Shown here piece after piece: positions 46,085-56,700 of a stretch of DNA of 64,000 nucleotides. The stretch's first letter is position 1. The number at the start of each line of letters is the position of its first letter. The translations under genes were made by a program, and so were the position numbers. The stretch covers positions 14,178 to 78,177 of the forward strand of contig JAZRTB010000032.1 of the NCBI GenBank assembly GCA_045651805.1, given 5' to 3'. Source of the DNA: Clostridia bacterium (lineage in GTDB: Bacteria > Bacillota > Clostridia > UMGS1883). Below the pieces are notes generated by a model. The model saw only the letters and a list, made by a program, of their open reading frames with translations. It was not told where the DNA came from and did no database searches.

Positions 46085-46897
46085 TTATTTGTTAAATTCT
46101 GCTCTGTATTCTGTGGGAGTGGTGTTACAGTATTTTTTGAACATACGCGAAAAATATGATGTATCATTGACACCGACTTGTTGAGCGATATTTTCTATCG
46201 ATAAATTTGTTTGTGCAAGAAGACCCATAGCCGTATGAATTTTCATTCGGTTAAAGTAAGCCAGAGGGGGCAGACTATAGCTTTCACGGAACTTTTTTAC
46301 GAAATATGTGGGTTGCATACAAGCTATGTTTGCTAAATCGTTAATTTTCACCGTAGAGCTTATGTTTTCAGTCATATAGGCAAGAACAGGCTTGAAAATC
46401 TTTGAGACCGATGACGCAAGTTTTTGTCTTTCTTTTGCATATAACTGAATAATATTTAAAATATTTGAGCACCACGCAACGTCGTAAAGAGGGTTTTTAA
46501 AAAGTTCTTTTCTGTGCGAGCTTTCAAATAATTCACTCATTTTTTCTCTGTTTTCAATATCTACAACAAAATTATCATCTGTAAGTCCGAGCATCTCCAT
46601 CAGATTATCACCATTTGCAGTTGCATCAAATGTCATTTCGTACATTGAGAATCGGGGAGATGCGTGAGTATAGGCTCTCATTTTGCCTTTAGGAAGGAAA
46701 GCAAGTTGCCCGGGGCGTATAATGTAGTTTTGATTGTCAATCCTTAAAAAGCATTCTCCTTCAATCACCCAGAAAAACAAATCTTTTTCGCCAATATGTC
46801 CAATACTGTCACCCTTCCATACAATAGGGGGAACGTATAAAAATATGTTGTTGGGGCGCAGGGTAAGCTCCTTAAGGTCAAATAATCGGTTTGTCAT
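46085..46897 (-). CDS. AraC family transcriptional regulator (cupin sensor + HTH)
   Basis: C-terminal AraC HTH (IENIAQQVGVNDTSYFSRMFKKYCNTTPTEYR). Confidence 0.8.
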   Translation of the reverse strand: MTNRLFDLKELTLRPNNIFLYVPPIVWKGDSIGHIGEKDLFFWVIEGECFLRIDNQNYIIRPGQLAFLPKGKMRAYTHASPRFSMYEMTFDATANGDNLMEMLGLTDDNFVVDIENREKMSELFESSHRKELFKNPLYDVAWCSNILNIIQLYAKERQKLASSVSKIFKPVLAYMTENISSTVKINDLANIACMQPTYFVKKFRESYSLPPLAYFNRMKIHTAMGLLAQTNLSIENIAQQVGVNDTSYFSRMFKKYCNTTPTEYRAEFNK

Positions 46898-47093
46898 ATA
46901 ATTAACTCCTTAAAATCGTGCTGTAAATAATAAAAAAGTCCTGTAAAATGAAATAGATGGCTATATTAAAGCAAATATATATAGCTTCAAAGTATAAAAT
47001 CGTACTTAAAAACATAATATTGTCGCTTTACAAGTTGATGATAACACAATATAATATAACTGTCAACTAAATTCAATCAGGAGATGATAGTCA

Positions 47094-48326
47094 GTGAAAA
47101 AATACGTTCAGGTAGGTTGCGGTACACGTGGTATAGAAACCTATGCAGTACCGATTGTGAAAAGTTATTCCGACTGTGCCACTCTTTCAGGTGTTTATGA
47201 TGTTAACCCGAAGCGTGCGGCACTTGTCAGCAAATATACAGGAACAGACATTCCCGTTTTTGATGATTTTGACAAAATGCTTGATGAAGTTAAGCCTGAC
47301 ACGGTGATTATTACGCCCAAGGATTGCGACCACGACTATTATGCAATAAAGGCTATGCGTGCAGGGTGCGATGTGATTGTTGAAAAACCTCTTACAACAA
47401 CCTTTGAAAAGGCTCTTGAAATCAAAAAAGTTCAGGAAGAAACAGGGAAAGAGGTAATTGTAACATTCAACCTCCGTTTTCATCCCTTTTACAGACGTGT
47501 TAAGGAAATTATTTCAACGGGAATTCTCGGAAAAATATTAAGTCTTCATTATGAATGGCTTCTTGATACAAGTCACGGTGCGGATTATTTCAGACGTTGG
47601 CACAGACAGAGGAAAAATTCAGGTTCTCTTCTTGTACATAAGTCGACGCATCACTTTGACCTTGCAAACTGGTATCTCGGGGAAGACCCCGTAGCGGTCA
47701 ATGCATTCGGCACACGCCGTTTTTATGGCCCGACCCGTGAGGAGAGAAGTGAAAGGTGCATTACCTGTCCTTATAAAGACAAGTGTGAGTTTTATTATGA
47801 TATAGAGAAAAATGATTACATCCGTGAAATTTTCCGTGAATGCGAAGATGCCGACGGATACTACCGCGACAGATGCGTATTTTCCGATGAAATTGATATT
47901 GAGGATAGCTTAAGCGTCAATGTGCAGTATTCAGGCGGTGCAATAATGAGCTATTCTCTTACGGCTCATTCTCCTTATGAAGGGATGAGGCTTGTTCTTA
48001 ACGGTGCTGACGGCAGAATGGAAATTTCCACAAAATATAAGGAAAGCACAGGATTTGATATTCAGGCAAAGCATTCTATAAAAATCTTCAACCGCCTTGG
48101 TGAAGAAATAACCATTGATGTGCCTGCGGAAACATCTGTAGGTCATGGTGGTGCAGATGATAAGCTTCGTGACAGACTTTTCCGTGATAAGACATTGCCG
48201 GATCCTCTCGGACAGATGGCGGATGTGAGAGCAGGTATGATGTCTATCGGCATAGGTATGGCTGCTAATTTATCAATGAAAGAATCAAGACAGGTAAGCC
48301 TTGATGAGTTTTATAAGAATTTATAA
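47094..48326 (+). CDS. Gfo/Idh/MocA family oxidoreductase
   Basis: GTG start after CAGGAGA. VQVGCGTRG Rossmann N-terminus, plus EKPL and a C-terminal alpha/beta domain. Confidence 0.75.
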   Translation: MKKYVQVGCGTRGIETYAVPIVKSYSDCATLSGVYDVNPKRAALVSKYTGTDIPVFDDFDKMLDEVKPDTVIITPKDCDHDYYAIKAMRAGCDVIVEKPLTTTFEKALEIKKVQEETGKEVIVTFNLRFHPFYRRVKEIISTGILGKILSLHYEWLLDTSHGADYFRRWHRQRKNSGSLLVHKSTHHFDLANWYLGEDPVAVNAFGTRRFYGPTREERSERCITCPYKDKCEFYYDIEKNDYIREIFRECEDADGYYRDRCVFSDEIDIEDSLSVNVQYSGGAIMSYSLTAHSPYEGMRLVLNGADGRMEISTKYKESTGFDIQAKHSIKIFNRLGEEITIDVPAETSVGHGGADDKLRDRLFRDKTLPDPLGQMADVRAGMMSIGIGMAANLSMKESRQVSLDEFYKNL

Positions 48327-48731
48327 ATTTTGAAGTACAACTCCGCTTTAGGACAGATGCTTTTAAAATAATAAAAGTGGTTGTAAAAGCGGTGTTCGCA
48401 TAGGGATGAATTGGTTTTAGAATGCTCTTTTCGGTTAATACTTCACAAAAAAATCGCGTAATACGCACAGTATTACGCGATTTTTATTGCTATGTCTTAA
48501 CTCAAAAACATCTATTCTAAAACTGCTTTGCACCCCAAAAATCATAAGTTCGGATGGAGAACAAGGCGAAAATGCGAAGTCATCCTGTCGGATTGCAAGC
48601 ATTTTCAACAAAGTTATCCGCCGAAATCCTGGTTTTTGGGCAAATAATCCCTATGTGAACACCGCTAAGAAACCAAGTTTCTTTACAACCACTTTTTTAA
48701 TCAGTACGCGAAATGGGTAAAGCAGCATGCT

Positions 48732-49817
48732 TTAGTTGTTTATAAAGTTTATGTTTTCAATTCCTTCAAAGCCGGATGAAATAGAAATAAGTTTTTCTTT
48801 CACTCTTTCAAATTCATCGCCGGAGAGGGGCATAGGCTGATAATTGTTTCTTGTAGTTACAGAGGAGATGGAGCAGGGAATAACAGATACGTTTTCCTCT
48901 GCGAGAAGCTCGCCATCCTTGAAACTGAATACCTGATTGAAAATCATACTGTCTTTATCACTTGGATTCTTATTTCCGCCGAAACAGAAATTGCCAAGGC
49001 TGTATACTATGTACTTTCCGTTGTATTTTTCAATTCCCTGAAGAACGTGCGGATGATGACCGAGTACAAGGTCAGCACCATTATCAATAGCAAGATGTGC
49101 ATATTCTGTCTGTGTGGCGGTGGGGACATAATCGCGCTCAATTCCCCAATGGAAGCTTGCCACGATAATATCAGGCTCAAGAGCCTTTAATTCTTCCATA
49201 CGGCTTACAAAATCGTCCTTGCTTACATAATTGAGAAGATTTGTACCGATTAATCCTATTTTGATGCCTTTTACTTCGGCAATCTCGTAGGTTGTTCCCT
49301 CAAATCTGTATATTCCGTTTTCTGACAGAATATCTTTTGTATCGGTGAATGAAATCTCACCATAATCGCGGGAGTGGTTGTTTGCAAGATTTGCCGCCTC
49401 AACAGAAGAAGACGTCAGCACGTTTACATACTCGGGAGTGCCGCGGAATGCAAATTTTTTGTCCGCACGCGCACCCTGAAGTGAAAGCGTTCCTTCAAAA
49501 TTGACTATTGTAAGGTCGTCGTTTTCGAAATACGGCTTAACCAGCTTCAAAAAGTAGGCGTAATCATTTTCCTGATTTGCTGCTTCCCAGTCAAAAGAGC
49601 CGCTTCCCACAGAATTGATATCAGTACCAAAAGTGCAGTCGCCCGCAGCGGAAACAGAGATACGGATAATTCCGTCATCCACCGCTGTAACCGCGGGAGT
49701 TGCAATTTCTTTGTTTGCATTTTTTGCAGGAAATATGTTGTCATAAAATTTTGCTGTCAGAACGCCCGAAACAACTGCAACGAGCATAATGCAGGTTATA
49801 AGAATTTTGTTTTTCAT
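48732..49817 (-). CDS. CapA/PgsA-family metallophosphatase-like protein (poly-gamma-glutamate synthesis family), N-terminal membrane anchor
   Basis: N-terminal TM segment. ISVSAAGDCTFGTD and GHHPHVLQGIE...YSLGNF motifs are typical of the CapA family. Confidence 0.65.
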   Translation of the reverse strand: MKNKILITCIMLVAVVSGVLTAKFYDNIFPAKNANKEIATPAVTAVDDGIIRISVSAAGDCTFGTDINSVGSGSFDWEAANQENDYAYFLKLVKPYFENDDLTIVNFEGTLSLQGARADKKFAFRGTPEYVNVLTSSSVEAANLANNHSRDYGEISFTDTKDILSENGIYRFEGTTYEIAEVKGIKIGLIGTNLLNYVSKDDFVSRMEELKALEPDIIVASFHWGIERDYVPTATQTEYAHLAIDNGADLVLGHHPHVLQGIEKYNGKYIVYSLGNFCFGGNKNPSDKDSMIFNQVFSFKDGELLAEENVSVIPCSISSVTTRNNYQPMPLSGDEFERVKEKLISISSGFEGIENINFINN

Positions 49818-49972
49818 AAAAATATTCCTTTATCAGAATTTGAAACAATTATATCATACTAAAAATATTTTATCAATAGATAAGAATGGGATATTTTGAC
49901 AAATACAAAAAACAGTTTCACCACATAAAGATGAAACTGTTTTTTTGAAAATATTTAAGTTAACACGGAATA

Positions 49973-50911
49973 TCAGGAAATCAAATCCCAACCTGAATAA
50001 TCTTCTGTCATTGTTCTGGAAGTTGTGTAAACGATTGTTCCGTCTTTTTTCATACCTATAATGATGTTGTAACCTATACAGATTTCAGAAATGTCGGTCC
50101 AGGCAGCGAGTTCGCTTAAGCAATACTCTCCGTCTTTGTCACCGCACGCAACTACAGTTCCGTCGGACTTAAGACCGACTGTAACGGAAAGACCGGCATC
50201 AATTGCGACAATATCGGTCCAACCGGAAACATTGCATTCACCGTTAGCGGAGCGTCCCGTTGCAACTACAGTTCCGTCAGATTTAAGACCAACAGAATGC
50301 AAGCCGCCTGCCGCAATGGCTTTTATATCAGTCCACTCTGTAACATTTGCCTGACCTTCTTCAAAAAGACCACTGCTTGAAGCAACACAAGTGCCATCAT
50401 TTTTAAGACCGATAACGTGATAGAATGAACAATCAATTGCCGCAATATCACTCCACTCGCTGTAACCCTCCGCGTTGGGGATTGTTGAAACAACCTGTAC
50501 AGTACCGTCGGATTTAAGACCTACAGGGAATCCTGTTGATGTAGAGGTAATGTCTATAATGTCTGTCCATTTAGATACTTCATCCTTGATTTCGGATTTT
50601 ACACCATTTGAAGCAACAACAGTACCATCTACCTTTAAACCGATAACATCGGAAGAAACAGGGGTGAGATCTGTGATGCCTGTCCACTCAACAACTTCGG
50701 GGAAAAGAGTGTCGGAGGCAAACACGGTTCCGTTGTCTTTCAATCCGAATGTGGAGATGTATGACACAATCTTCGGTTCAACTGTGATGGGAATGATTTC
50801 TTCAGTTGATGCCGTAACAGGGGTAACTTTATCCTTTGTCTGCTTCTTACCGCAAGATGCAAAGGATAAACAAAGAGCAATTGTCAATATTAACGATAAA
50901 ATTTTCTTCAT
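49973..50911 (-). CDS. Lipoprotein with RCC1-like beta-propeller repeats
   Basis: Lipobox LSFASC. Six or seven repeats of WTDI.AI......GLKSDGTVVA. Confidence 0.65.
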   Translation of the reverse strand: MKKILSLILTIALCLSFASCGKKQTKDKVTPVTASTEEIIPITVEPKIVSYISTFGLKDNGTVFASDTLFPEVVEWTGITDLTPVSSDVIGLKVDGTVVASNGVKSEIKDEVSKWTDIIDITSTSTGFPVGLKSDGTVQVVSTIPNAEGYSEWSDIAAIDCSFYHVIGLKNDGTCVASSSGLFEEGQANVTEWTDIKAIAAGGLHSVGLKSDGTVVATGRSANGECNVSGWTDIVAIDAGLSVTVGLKSDGTVVACGDKDGEYCLSELAAWTDISEICIGYNIIIGMKKDGTIVYTTSRTMTEDYSGWDLIS

Positions 50912-50995
50912 ATCTGATTCCTCACATTACATTAAGCAAAATTCACCGCAGACTTTCTGCGGTGAATTCAGTCGTTTTCTTAATTGTCGTGCAGA

Positions 50996-51994
50996 TTACT
51001 TGCTAGCTTCTTCGATAGCAACAGCACAAGCAACGCTCATACCAACCATGGGGTTGTTACCTGCGCCGATAAGTCCCATCATTTCAACGTGAGCGGGAAC
51101 TGATGATGAACCTGCGAACTGTGCGTCAGAATGCATACGACCCATAGTATCTGTCATACCGTAGGAAGCAGGACCTGCAGCCATGTTGTCGGGATGAAGT
51201 GTACGTCCTGTACCGCCACCTGAAGCAACTGAGAAGTACTTCTTACCGAGTTCAACACATTCCTTCTTGTAAGTACCTGCAACGGGATGCTGGAAACGTG
51301 TGGGGTTAGTTGAGTTACCTGTGATAGAAACGTCAACCTTTTCCTGATGCATGATAGCAACACCTTCACGAACGTCGTCTGCACCGTAGCAACGAACCTT
51401 AGCTCTGGGGCCATTTGAATAAGCCTTTTCGCTAACGATTTCAAGCTTACCTGTCATATAGTCAAACTTTGTTTCAACAAATGTGAAACCATTGATTCTT
51501 GAAATAATCTGAGCAGCGTCCTTACCAAGACCGTTAAGGATAACCTGGAGGGGTTCCTTTCTAACCTTGTTAGCGCTGTTTGCGATACCGATAGCACCTT
51601 CAGCAGCAGCGAATGACTCGTGACCTGCAAGGAATGCAAAGCACTTTGTTTCTTCGCGGAGAAGCATAGCTGCAAGGTTACCGTGACCAAGACCAACCTT
51701 TCTGTCATCAGCAACACTGCCGGGAATACAGAATGCCTGAAGACCCTCACCGATTGCTTCTGCAGCGTCAGCAGCCTTTGTGCAACCCTTCTTAATTGCG
51801 ATTGCTGTACCTGTGATGTAAGCCCAGCAAGCGTTTTCGAAACAGATGGGCTGAATACCCTTTATAAGGTTGTAAACGTCGATACCCTTATCGTCGCAAA
51901 TCTTCTTTGCTTCTTCAAGAGAGGCAATGCCATACTTGTTAAGAGCTGCGTTTACCTGATTAATTCTTCTTTCGTAGCTTTCAAATAATGCCAT
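50996..51994 (-). CDS. GGGtGRT-family protein (function unknown)
   Basis: 332 aa containing the eponymous SGGGTGRTLHPD motif. Family identity is recalled from Pfam naming and was not verified. Confidence 0.55.
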   Translation of the reverse strand: MALFESYERRINQVNAALNKYGIASLEEAKKICDDKGIDVYNLIKGIQPICFENACWAYITGTAIAIKKGCTKAADAAEAIGEGLQAFCIPGSVADDRKVGLGHGNLAAMLLREETKCFAFLAGHESFAAAEGAIGIANSANKVRKEPLQVILNGLGKDAAQIISRINGFTFVETKFDYMTGKLEIVSEKAYSNGPRAKVRCYGADDVREGVAIMHQEKVDVSITGNSTNPTRFQHPVAGTYKKECVELGKKYFSVASGGGTGRTLHPDNMAAGPASYGMTDTMGRMHSDAQFAGSSSVPAHVEMMGLIGAGNNPMVGMSVACAVAIEEASK

Positions 51995-52011
51995 TTTAAA
52001 ATCCCCCTCTC

Positions 52012-52704
52012 TTATTCTTCACGCGGATCGATAACTTTAACCGCGTCGTCAAATCTGCCGTACTGACCTGTAGCTTTTTCAAGAGCTTCGTTAGCATCCA
52101 TACCCTTACGGATAGATTCCATCATCTTTCCGAGGTGTACGAACTTGTAACCGATAACCTGATTGTCAGCGTCAAGAGCCATCTTTGTTATGTAACCTTC
52201 AGCAAGCTCAAGGTATCTGGGACCCTTCGCCTTTGTGCTGAAAAGAGTACCAACCTGGCTTCTAAGACCTTTACCAAGGTCTTCAAGACCTGCACCAACG
52301 GGAAGACCGCCTTCAGAGAAAGCTGTCTGTGTTCTACCGTAAACGATCTGTAAGAAAAGTTCACGCATAGCTGTGTTGATAGCATCACAAACGAGGTCAG
52401 TATTGAGAGCCTCGAGAAGTGTCTTGCCGGGAAGAATTTCTGATGCCATAGCAGCAGAATGTGTCATACCTGAGCAGCCCAGGGTTTCAACGAGAGCTTC
52501 CTCGATGATACCGTTCTTAACGTTAAGAGTAAGCTTACATGCACCCTGCTGGGGAGCACACCAGCCTACACCGTGTGTAAGACCGCTGATGTCTGTAATC
52601 TGAGTGGAATGTGTCCATGTGCCTTCCTGGGGAATAGGAGCACACTTGTGACCCACGCCCTTTGCAACAACGCACATGTTTTCAACTTCATGTGAATAAT
52701 TCAT
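52012..52704 (-). CDS. NifU/IscU-like iron-sulfur cluster scaffold domain protein
   Basis: CAPQQGACKLTL...GIIEEA...TLGCSGMTHSAAMASEILPGKTLLEA resembles the IscU/SufU pattern (C.D..L....G.I.DA...T.GC..S.AS.S..TE...GKT..EA). Confidence 0.45.
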   Translation of the reverse strand: MNYSHEVENMCVVAKGVGHKCAPIPQEGTWTHSTQITDISGLTHGVGWCAPQQGACKLTLNVKNGIIEEALVETLGCSGMTHSAAMASEILPGKTLLEALNTDLVCDAINTAMRELFLQIVYGRTQTAFSEGGLPVGAGLEDLGKGLRSQVGTLFSTKAKGPRYLELAEGYITKMALDADNQVIGYKFVHLGKMMESIRKGMDANEALEKATGQYGRFDDAVKVIDPREE

Positions 52705-52920
52705 TGTTCTGAACTCCTTTCGAAATTTAGCCTTTTGCCAGGCGTTTATAAAGAAAACACAAGACCGTACTTTTCCTTATAAACACCTAGCCTATACAGT
52801 ATATCACTATTTCATTATCGAATCAAGAAAAATTTCGGGAAATTTCGTATTTTTTGTGTTTTTGAATGAAAGATGCTATTTGTTGAGAATTGAAGTATAT
52901 ATTTATTAGGAAAAAACGGC

Positions 52921-52960
52921 TCAATCCAACTTGGATTGAGCCGTTTAACATCTCCATTAC
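52921..52960 (-). terminator. Rho-independent terminator (minus strand) downstream of the cytidylate-kinase-like gene: CGGCTCAATCCAA-GTTGGATTGAGCCG + TTTTTT
   Basis: Inverted repeat AAAACGGCTCAATCCAACTTGGATTGAGCCGTTT read on the plus strand. The U-tract is on the minus strand. Confidence 0.6.
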
Positions 52961-53550
52961 TTTCTGAAATTTACTGCATTAATAATCAAATCAACCGTGC
53001 CGTCAATTCCCATAACACTACTGTCGATACACAGGTGATATGTTGCCGCTTTACCCCATATGCCGTCAGTGTAATATGAATAGTATTTTGAACGCTTTTT
53101 ATCAATTTTTTCGATATGGTTTTCAATCTCTCTGTCGCTCTTTCCGGGGAGGAGAGGGCGTTTACGCTCAATCTTATCTTTCATGGGTGCGGTGATGAAT
53201 ACGTTGAAGCAATCGGGGTTATCTTCAAGCACATAATCGGCACATCTACCTACGATTACACAGCTTTCTTTTTCTGCAATTTCGCGGATAACGTCAGCCT
53301 GTGCGATATAGATGCGGTCACTCATAGGCATCTGATAAATTTCAAACAAGTTTGATGCATGAAAACCCGGGAAGGCGTGCTTCTCATCATATTTTTCAAC
53401 GATGCTTTTTTCAAGCTTGGTCTTTTTTGCAGTTGCAAGAATCAATTCCTTATCGTAAAAGGGAATACCGAGCTTTTCGGCAACCTTCATACCGATTTCT
53501 CTGCCGCCGCTTCCGAATTCACGACCAATGGTGATAACAACTTTTTTCAT
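52957..53550 (-). CDS. Cytidylate kinase-like family protein
   Basis: N-terminal P-loop-like VITIGREFGSGGREIG, which is typical of the cytidylate-kinase-like family rather than canonical Cmk. Confidence 0.65.
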   Translation of the reverse strand: MKKVVITIGREFGSGGREIGMKVAEKLGIPFYDKELILATAKKTKLEKSIVEKYDEKHAFPGFHASNLFEIYQMPMSDRIYIAQADVIREIAEKESCVIVGRCADYVLEDNPDCFNVFITAPMKDKIERKRPLLPGKSDREIENHIEKIDKKRSKYYSYYTDGIWGKAATYHLCIDSSVMGIDGTVDLIINAVNFRK

Positions 53551-53706
53551 AAAAAAAACCTCCTTGAAATTGTATTGCTTTATATAATTTTAGCACAAAA
53601 TTGTTACAAAGTAAAGACAGTACGGGAAATAAAGAAAAAACTTGATTATTAATATAACATATGATATAATAACTCTAATATTGCCAAAGAGAAAAGTGGT
53701 GAGAGA

Positions 53707-56700
53707 ATGTACCTTAAACGAATAGAACTGCAGGGCTTTAAATCCTTTGCTGATAAAACGGTTATTGAAGTTCATCAGGGCGTAACTGCCATTGTAGGAC
53801 CTAACGGAAGCGGTAAGAGTAATATTTCCGACGCTGTAAGATGGGTTATGGGTGAGCAGAGTGCGAAAACCCTCCGTGGCGGTAAGATGGAGGACGTTAT
53901 TTTTGCAGGAACGCAGAAGCGTAAGCCTCTCGGCTATGCGGAAGTTTCGCTTGTTCTTGATAACTCCACGCATTTCCTTCCGTGCGACTATAACGAGGTG
54001 GAAATTACCCGTCGTGTGTTCCGTAGTGGTGAAAGTGAATATATGATTAACCGTACTGCCTGCAGACTTAAGGACATTAATGAACTTTTTATGGATACAG
54101 GTCTCGGACGTGACGGTTATTCAATCGTCGGTCAGGGTAAAATTGCGGAAATTGTTTCGTCAAAGGGTGACGACCGCCGTCAGATTTTTGAAGAGGCGGC
54201 AGGTATTTCAAAATACCGTTACAGAAAGAACGAGGCGGAGCGTAAGCTTAGTCATACAGACGACAACCTTACTCGTGTAAAGGATATTCTGAGTGAGCTT
54301 ACTGACCGTGTTGAGCCTCTCCGTAAACAGAGTGAAAAGGCTATCAAGTACCTCGATTTACGCGAACAGCTCAAAGGTATTGAAGTAAGTGCACTTCTTG
54401 AAATCACCGATGCGAAACGCGCAGAGGCTGTAAAGACTAACGAGCTTTTTGAGAATGTTTCCCGTGAGTTTGAGGAGGCAAAGACGCTTCTTGACGAAAA
54501 TAATGAAAAGAGTGACCGCCTTTATAACGAAATAAAGGAAACAGACTCCGAAATAGATATTCAGCGTGAAAGACTCGCTGAACTTGAAGCTGAATCTGCA
54601 TCCATAGAAAATGAACGTGCAATTATCAAAAATAATATAGAAAACCACAAGGTCAACATCCTCCGTATCGAGGGTGAGCTTGCAGGCTGGTCAAAAAGGG
54701 AAGAAGAATTCCGTAATCAGCTTTCGGAGCTTGAGGAAAAGAAAAAGTCGGAAAATGTACGTTTCCTCACCCTTGCGGACGAGCTTGAGGCACTTGAAGA
54801 TGAGGACAAGACTATCGGGGAAGAAATTTCCCGCAGAGTTAAGGCTCTTGAGGCGGCAAGGGAAGAAGTAATCAACCTCCGTGCGAAAAAGAGTGAGGCA
54901 CAGTCCCGCCTTGACAGTATTGACCTTATTACACAGAATATTGAAACACGCCGTTTCTCTATCGAGGTTGATCTTGCATCTGCATCTGACGATATTAACC
55001 GTCTTAATGCAAAGTGCAGTGAACTTGCAAAAAAAGAAATCGACGCACAGGCGGAGTTTGACAAGCTTTCAGATGAAGTTTTCGACATTAACAGAAAATA
55101 TCACGAAACAAACCGCGAATGTGGTGAACTGAAAACAAAGTATAATGAAGTTGTAGCAAAGCTTGGTGAAAAGCAGGGCCGTCGTATTATGCTTGAAGAA
55201 ATGGAAAAAGGTCTTGAAGGATATGCAAGAAGTGTCCGCGACCTTCTCAAAGCTAAAGAGGACGGAAAGTATAACGGCAGACTTATAGGCGTATTAAGTA
55301 AGCTTATCGAGGTTGACAAGAAATATACCACAGCTGTTGAAACTGCTCTCGGTAACGCGATGCAGAATATCGTTGTGGATACGGAAGAAGATGCAAAGCG
55401 TGCAATCAACTTCCTTAAAGACAACCGTATGGGCAGGGTTACATTCCTTCCCGTATCCAGTCAGGAAGGCAGGCGTCTTGATAACGAGGACCGCGTTATG
55501 TCAAACGACGGTGCGGTAGCCGTTGCAAGCGATGTTGTTGAATGTGATTCCTCAATTAAAAATGTGATTGAGGCACTTCTCGGCAGAACTGTTATTATGG
55601 AAGATATGGATAGTGCCGTTAAACTTGCCAAAGCTACACATTATAAATTCAAGATTGTTACCCTTCAGGGCGAACTTCTTCAGCCGGGCGGTAGTATCAC
55701 AGGCGGTAGCGTGAATAAGACACAGGCACTTCTCGGAAGAAAAGACGAGATTGAGAAGCTTACCATTGAGTGTGAAAAGCTCCAAAAAGAAACGGAAGAC
55801 CTTGAAGACAAGATTGATGACCTTTCAGAACTTGCGGAGGATTGCCGTGATAAGGAAGCAGAAAAGCGAGAAAAGCTTTCCGAAAGTGAAAACAGCCTTA
55901 TGAAAATCAAGGCGGAGGCTGATGCGAAGAAGAGTCTTCTTGAAATGGCAAACAACCGTCTTGAAAAGCTCAATAATGAAAAAACGCAGATTTCTTCGCA
56001 ACAGACAGATACTGTTGAAACGAAGAAAAAGCTTCGTGAAGTGCTTGAAGGTTCTGACGGACTTATTGAAAAGGCGGAGGAAATTGTCCGCACAAAGCAG
56101 GAAGCTGTACGTGAATACACTATCAAGCGTGAGGAACATTCCGTTAAGGTTATTGATAAGAAGATGGAAATCAACTCCGCACAGAAGGATGTTGAAGTTG
56201 CACAGCAGAGAATTGATGATGTCAAGCACAGCATTATGAATTCGCAGTCTGACTATAAAGACCGCCTTGACGAGAAAAAGGCACAGGAGGATATGATAGT
56301 AACTCTTGAAAAGCAGATTGAAGATAACCTGATGCATCATAAACAGCATACGATTATGACAGATGCTTTGAAAGAGGAAATCAAATCACGTGTTTCAGGA
56401 AAGAGCGGTACTGATACAGAGCTTGAAAAGCTCCGTGAAGATATCCGTACTCTTAATGAAAGAATTCTCGTTCTACAGGGTGAGGTTGTCCGCGTTGAAA
56501 CCAAGAAAAACAAAATTGATGAGGATATTGAGCACGCAGCAAAACGTTTGTGGGACGATTACGAGCTTACTTATAACACCGCACTTGAACTTAAGAAGGA
56601 CATCGGTTCGCTTGCAGAAGCACAGAAAACCATTGCTTCTCTTAAAGGTTCTATCCGTGCCCTCGGTAATATCAACGTGGATGCTATTGAGGAATATAAG

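Noticed and set aside
54358-56349. Cluster of long antisense and out-of-frame ORFs (e.g. 54717..55088, 55101..55424, 55680..56234, 55825..56349, 55922..56239) inside smc
   Set aside because: They lie entirely within the SMC coiled-coil region, whose repetitive Glu/Lys/Leu codon usage leaves alternative frames open. They translate to low-complexity Ser/Leu/Arg-rich sequence and lack RBSs.
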